64,000 nt of DNA from Cyanobacteria bacterium auto_48_18 (GTDB lineage: Bacteria; Cyanobacteriota; Vampirovibrionia; Obscuribacterales; Obscuribacteraceae): the NCBI GenBank assembly GCA_036170915.1, contig JAVHQC010000025.1:64001-128000 (forward strand). The letters are read 5' to 3'. A program made the position numbers and the translations under genes. Shown here in pieces: positions 59,317 through 64,000 of this stretch. Position 1 is the first letter of the stretch; each line of letters opens with the position of its first letter. A model generated the notes under the pieces. It had not been told where the DNA came from, made no database searches, and saw only the letters and a program-made list of their open reading frames with translations.

Positions 59317-60312
59317 TTAAATCCGAACATCGGAAAGCTCGACCAATTTATTCAACTGCTGCTCTGTTCCCAGAGCAATTAAATCATCACCGGCCCGGAA
59401 AATCAGGTCAGGTGAAGGATTGGATATCAGCTTACCATTTTGATTAACAGCCAGGATCATGGCCCCCGAAGTCTGCTTAATGTTTGCATCTTTCAATGCC
59501 AGGCCCACTAATGAAGAGGCATGACCAAGCCTGACTTGCTCCATGCGCAAATCGTACTCTGGAGTAGACATGACAACATCGAGAAACTGAGTCACCAGCG
59601 GATGGGTGACGGCAGTAGCCATGCGCTTGCCGCAAATAACATAAGGCGAGATCACCATGCTGGCACCAGCCCTGCGCATCTTGGCTTCTGTGCCTGGGTT
59701 GGCAGCTCGTGAAACTATTTTGATACTTTCGTTAAGTCCTTTAGCCGACAGAGCAATAAATGTATTGGCAGTATCGTCATCAAGAGCGCAGACAATTCCT
59801 TTTGCCGTCAAGATCTGTGCTGCTAAAAGCACATCGTCTGAGCTGGCATCTCCCTGTAAAACCAGATGCCCGGCCTCGGACGCCAGCTTGGCGCGCTCAG
59901 GCTCAATTTCAATTAAGACGAATTCAATTTTGTTGTGATTGAAATGTGCAATTACTTCTTGACCGGTGCGACCGTAACCGCAAACTATCTGGTGATTGCT
60001 TAGTTTGGCAATTTTTTGTCGCATGCGTCTGGCTCCCAAATTAAAACGGAGAAAAATGTCCACCATATCGCTTAGCACCGACAGCACGACACCAGCGCCA
60101 ACCAAAATCAATAATATGGTGTAAAGCTTTCCTGCGGACGTAAGAGGGTGAGTTTCGCCATACCCGACCGTAGTCAAGGTTATGACAGTCATGAAAAGTG
60201 AATCTAGAAAATTCCAGTGCTCAACCAGCATAAAGCCGAGCGCTCCGAAGAGCACAAAGCCCACCAATCGGGCTAAATCCTGCAAAAATCTCCTGGCAAC
60301 CGCATCTCTCAA
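59317..60312 (-). CDS. Potassium channel with TrkA-N/TrkA-C (RCK) domains
   Basis: TLTTVGYG selectivity filter; VCGYGRTG; C-terminal TrkA-C. Confidence 0.95.
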   Translation of the reverse strand: MRDAVARRFLQDLARLVGFVLFGALGFMLVEHWNFLDSLFMTVITLTTVGYGETHPLTSAGKLYTILLILVGAGVVLSVLSDMVDIFLRFNLGARRMRQKIAKLSNHQIVCGYGRTGQEVIAHFNHNKIEFVLIEIEPERAKLASEAGHLVLQGDASSDDVLLAAQILTAKGIVCALDDDTANTFIALSAKGLNESIKIVSRAANPGTEAKMRRAGASMVISPYVICGKRMATAVTHPLVTQFLDVVMSTPEYDLRMEQVRLGHASSLVGLALKDANIKQTSGAMILAVNQNGKLISNPSPDLIFRAGDDLIALGTEQQLNKLVELSDVRI

Positions 60313-60448
60313 CTCTTTTTAAGACCTATCTATGAACGCCAGGTAATGAGCATTTGTGCCGAAACAATAAAATAGAACGAAAACTATCATAAACGAGTTG
60401 GGGAAAGTTCCCGCTAGCATCTATTATTTGCTTTGCTGATAGGCATAG

Positions 60449-61950
<1,502 letters not shown>

Positions 61951-61951
<1 letters not shown>

Positions 61952-62658
61952 TGAAGAAGAAGCATCAACTCGAGCCCGCAGCTGAAATCAAACCATTGAA
62001 GACACCAGAGGAGACTCCGGTGCCGGTTTCAACATCGCGCAATATTTTTGTTTTCGGACGACTCGAAAACGAAATCACTTTGCCGACGATCAAAAAGTTG
62101 CTGCGGTTCAATGAGCGTGATCCAAAAAAACCAATCAATATGTACATCAATTCGGCCGGCGGCAACGGTTACAACGCAGATGGCATTATCGCCGTCATGC
62201 ATTCCATCGAAGCACCGGTCAATACGATTTGCTTGGGTCACGCTCTTTCTGGTGCTTGCGAAATTTTGGCGTCTGGAACCGGTGAGCGCGTTGCCTACGA
62301 ATTTTCTACATTGATGTTTCACCAGACTCTCTGGGAAGCTGAAGGCGACATCACTAATTTAGAAATTCAGGCCACTCAGGGCAGGCGTTTTCGCGAAGCT
62401 CAAATTGAGCTTTTGCACCGTTGTTCCGGCCAAGATAAAGCGCGTATTGCTAAAGACATTGAACGCGATCACTATCTATCTACCAGCGAAGCGCTTGCTT
62501 ACGGCCTCATAGACAGAGTAATCGTGCACAACGGAAATCCGGGCTCAAAAACCGCCAAAGACAAAACTAAGTCTAAATCCAAGACAGCCAATCAGCCCGT
62601 GGCAAAAAAAGCAGCGGCTCAAAACAAGACCACCAAAAGTACAAAAACACAAAAATAA
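61951..62658 (+). CDS. clpP: Divergent ClpP-family (S14) serine protease with a Lys-rich C-terminal tail
   Basis: I.MYINSAGG, TICLGHALS(100)G, MFH(124)Q, ERD(173)HYLS..EA..YGLID. Confidence 0.85.
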
Positions 62659-62692
62659 CAGCGCTAAAGCTAGACAAAATTAGAGAAAGCAA

Positions 62693-63121
62693 ATGGCAAA
62701 CACAATCAATCTGAAAATCATCACCCCAGAAAGAGTCGTATTCGACGACATGGTGGAGCAAGTTACAGCCGTGGCTAACGACGGCGAACTGACTATTCTT
62801 CCCGGCCATGAACCGATTGTCACCACGCTGGCCGTAGACGTGTTGCGTTTTAAAGTAAAAGGCGAAGAAGAAACCGCTGCTATTATCGGCGGCATTATGA
62901 ACGTCAACAACACTGAAGTTGAAATTCTCTCCGACATGGCCGAGCTGGGCATTGAAATTGACGAAGCGCGCGCCAGCCAGGCCAAGTCAAAACTCGAAGC
63001 AGAAAAATCACAGAAGACTGACAAGCTTGACGCATACGTGACAGAAATGGCTCTCTCAAGAGCTATGACTCGCATTAAGGCCGCTGAAATGGCCAAGCTC
63101 CGACGTCGCGGTCGCGTTTAA
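62693..63121 (+). CDS. atpC: F1F0 ATP synthase epsilon subunit
   Basis: LKIITPER, GELTILPGH.P, GG...V, EID..RA, C-terminal helices. Confidence 0.95.
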   Translation: MANTINLKIITPERVVFDDMVEQVTAVANDGELTILPGHEPIVTTLAVDVLRFKVKGEEETAAIIGGIMNVNNTEVEILSDMAELGIEIDEARASQAKSKLEAEKSQKTDKLDAYVTEMALSRAMTRIKAAEMAKLRRRGRV

Positions 63122-63232
63122 CAAATCAGCTCCACTTATTTAAGTTGCGGGATTAAACTTTTGTCGAGTCTCGAAGTTTCCGAGTGATAATAGCGGCATA
63201 TTGACATCAACTCGTCCCCCCGGAGTATCGAT

Positions 63233-63778
63233 ATGCCACATGAATGGGAAGCCGCTGAAAAACCAGCGGTGAATGACGCTACGGAAAAAGTAGCAAAAAA
63301 CGACTCACTCAATTTACTAGACCTCAAAGCCGATAAAGCTCCTCCAGTTTCAGACTCTAATAATCAAACGAAAGCCACAATGAAGGGTTTTCCTGATGTT
63401 GAAATGTTTGATTCGACCCAACAGAACTCCCCCAAGAAGATTGAAAATCAGAGCGCAATCAATGCAGCTGAAAAGCCACAATATAAAGGCACAAACAGCT
63501 GGGCCGAGCTGGAAAATTACACACTGGCTACAGCTCCGGTTGATAGTATGCAAGGAAAGAATCGCGACGCTGTCAATGTAACCGAAGAGCCAAAAACTGA
63601 GGGCAAAGGCGGTTGGGCTGCGCTAGAGAAGCACACACTGGCCACAGCTCCGGTTGATAGTACGCAAAGGAAAAATCGCGACGCTGTCAATGTAACCGAA
63701 GAGCCAAAAACTGAGGGCAAAGGCGGTTGGGCTGCGCTAGAGAAGCACACACTGGCCACGAGCAAGCCCGAAAAATAA
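63233..63778 (+). CDS. Hydrophilic hypothetical protein with a 38-aa tandem repeat
   Basis: GGAG RBS; 114-bp near-perfect duplication. Confidence 0.7.
   Translation: MPHEWEAAEKPAVNDATEKVAKNDSLNLLDLKADKAPPVSDSNNQTKATMKGFPDVEMFDSTQQNSPKKIENQSAINAAEKPQYKGTNSWAELENYTLATAPVDSMQGKNRDAVNVTEEPKTEGKGGWAALEKHTLATAPVDSTQRKNRDAVNVTEEPKTEGKGGWAALEKHTLATSKPEK
63521..63759 (+). repeat. 114-bp (38-aa) near-identical intragenic tandem repeat
   Basis: Units start at 63521, 63635 and 63749 (partial). Confidence 0.95.
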
Positions 63779-63780
63779 AG

Positions 63781-64000
63781 TCAAAAACCGACTGTTAGAG
63801 CTGACCGCACTCGAGTCTGCGGTGTGCGCCCGATGAGCGTCTCGTATGGGCCATGGTCTTTCTCGCGCTTAACCATGGTAGTTGAAGTACCACCATCAAA
63901 ATTAATTGCGTCAACGGCACCAAGTTTTTTTAACAGCTTAGCTAAATCGGCTAAATTAAGCCCAGACGAAAACTCGTCTTGCCCTTTGCCTGCCACAGCC
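63781..64000 (-). CDS. Phosphodiester glycosidase (NAGPA-like) family protein, C-terminal part
   Basis: S.GL.L..LA..L..LGA.DAINFDGG.STTM motif; runs off the window edge. Confidence 0.75.
   Translation of the reverse strand, partial: AVAGKGQDEFSSGLNLADLAKLLKKLGAVDAINFDGGTSTTMVKREKDHGPYETLIGRTPQTRVRSALTVGF

Overview
A 64-kb chromosomal window of core-type genes from a bacterium that I infer to be a non-photosynthetic cyanobacterial relative (Melainabacteria/Vampirovibrionia, Obscuribacterales-like). The inference rests on the stand-alone atpD...atpC operon, a cyanobacterial-style GyrA box, an RRM protein, and many TPR proteins and Ser/Thr kinases. It holds about 55 CDS: hemL-like aminotransferase, sugar-modification genes, an MBOAT/SGNH pair, two TetRs, a GH63-like glycosidase, asd, lepA, yitJ, patA, metH, pstS, three Hanks kinases, cbs plus a cystathionine lyase, methylmalonyl-CoA mutase, an NCS2 permease, gyrA, lysS, a K+ channel, atpD and atpC. 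I saw no rRNA, tRNA, CRISPR array or transposase. Highlights: (1) a divergent ClpP-family protease with an intact triad, translationally coupled between atpD and atpC; (2) a dispersed palindrome CAGAGA-N14/15-TCTCTG present five times, with the best copy upstream of an orphan DUF6088/AbiEi-like wHTH gene; (3) cbs-cgl back-to-back with methylmalonyl-CoA mutase near metH and yitJ; (4) an unlisted 42-aa small ORF with a strong RBS; (5) a 14-bp tandem array filling the lepA-SUFU spacer, plus other duplications at gene ends. All calls come from motif reading by eye; no database search was run.
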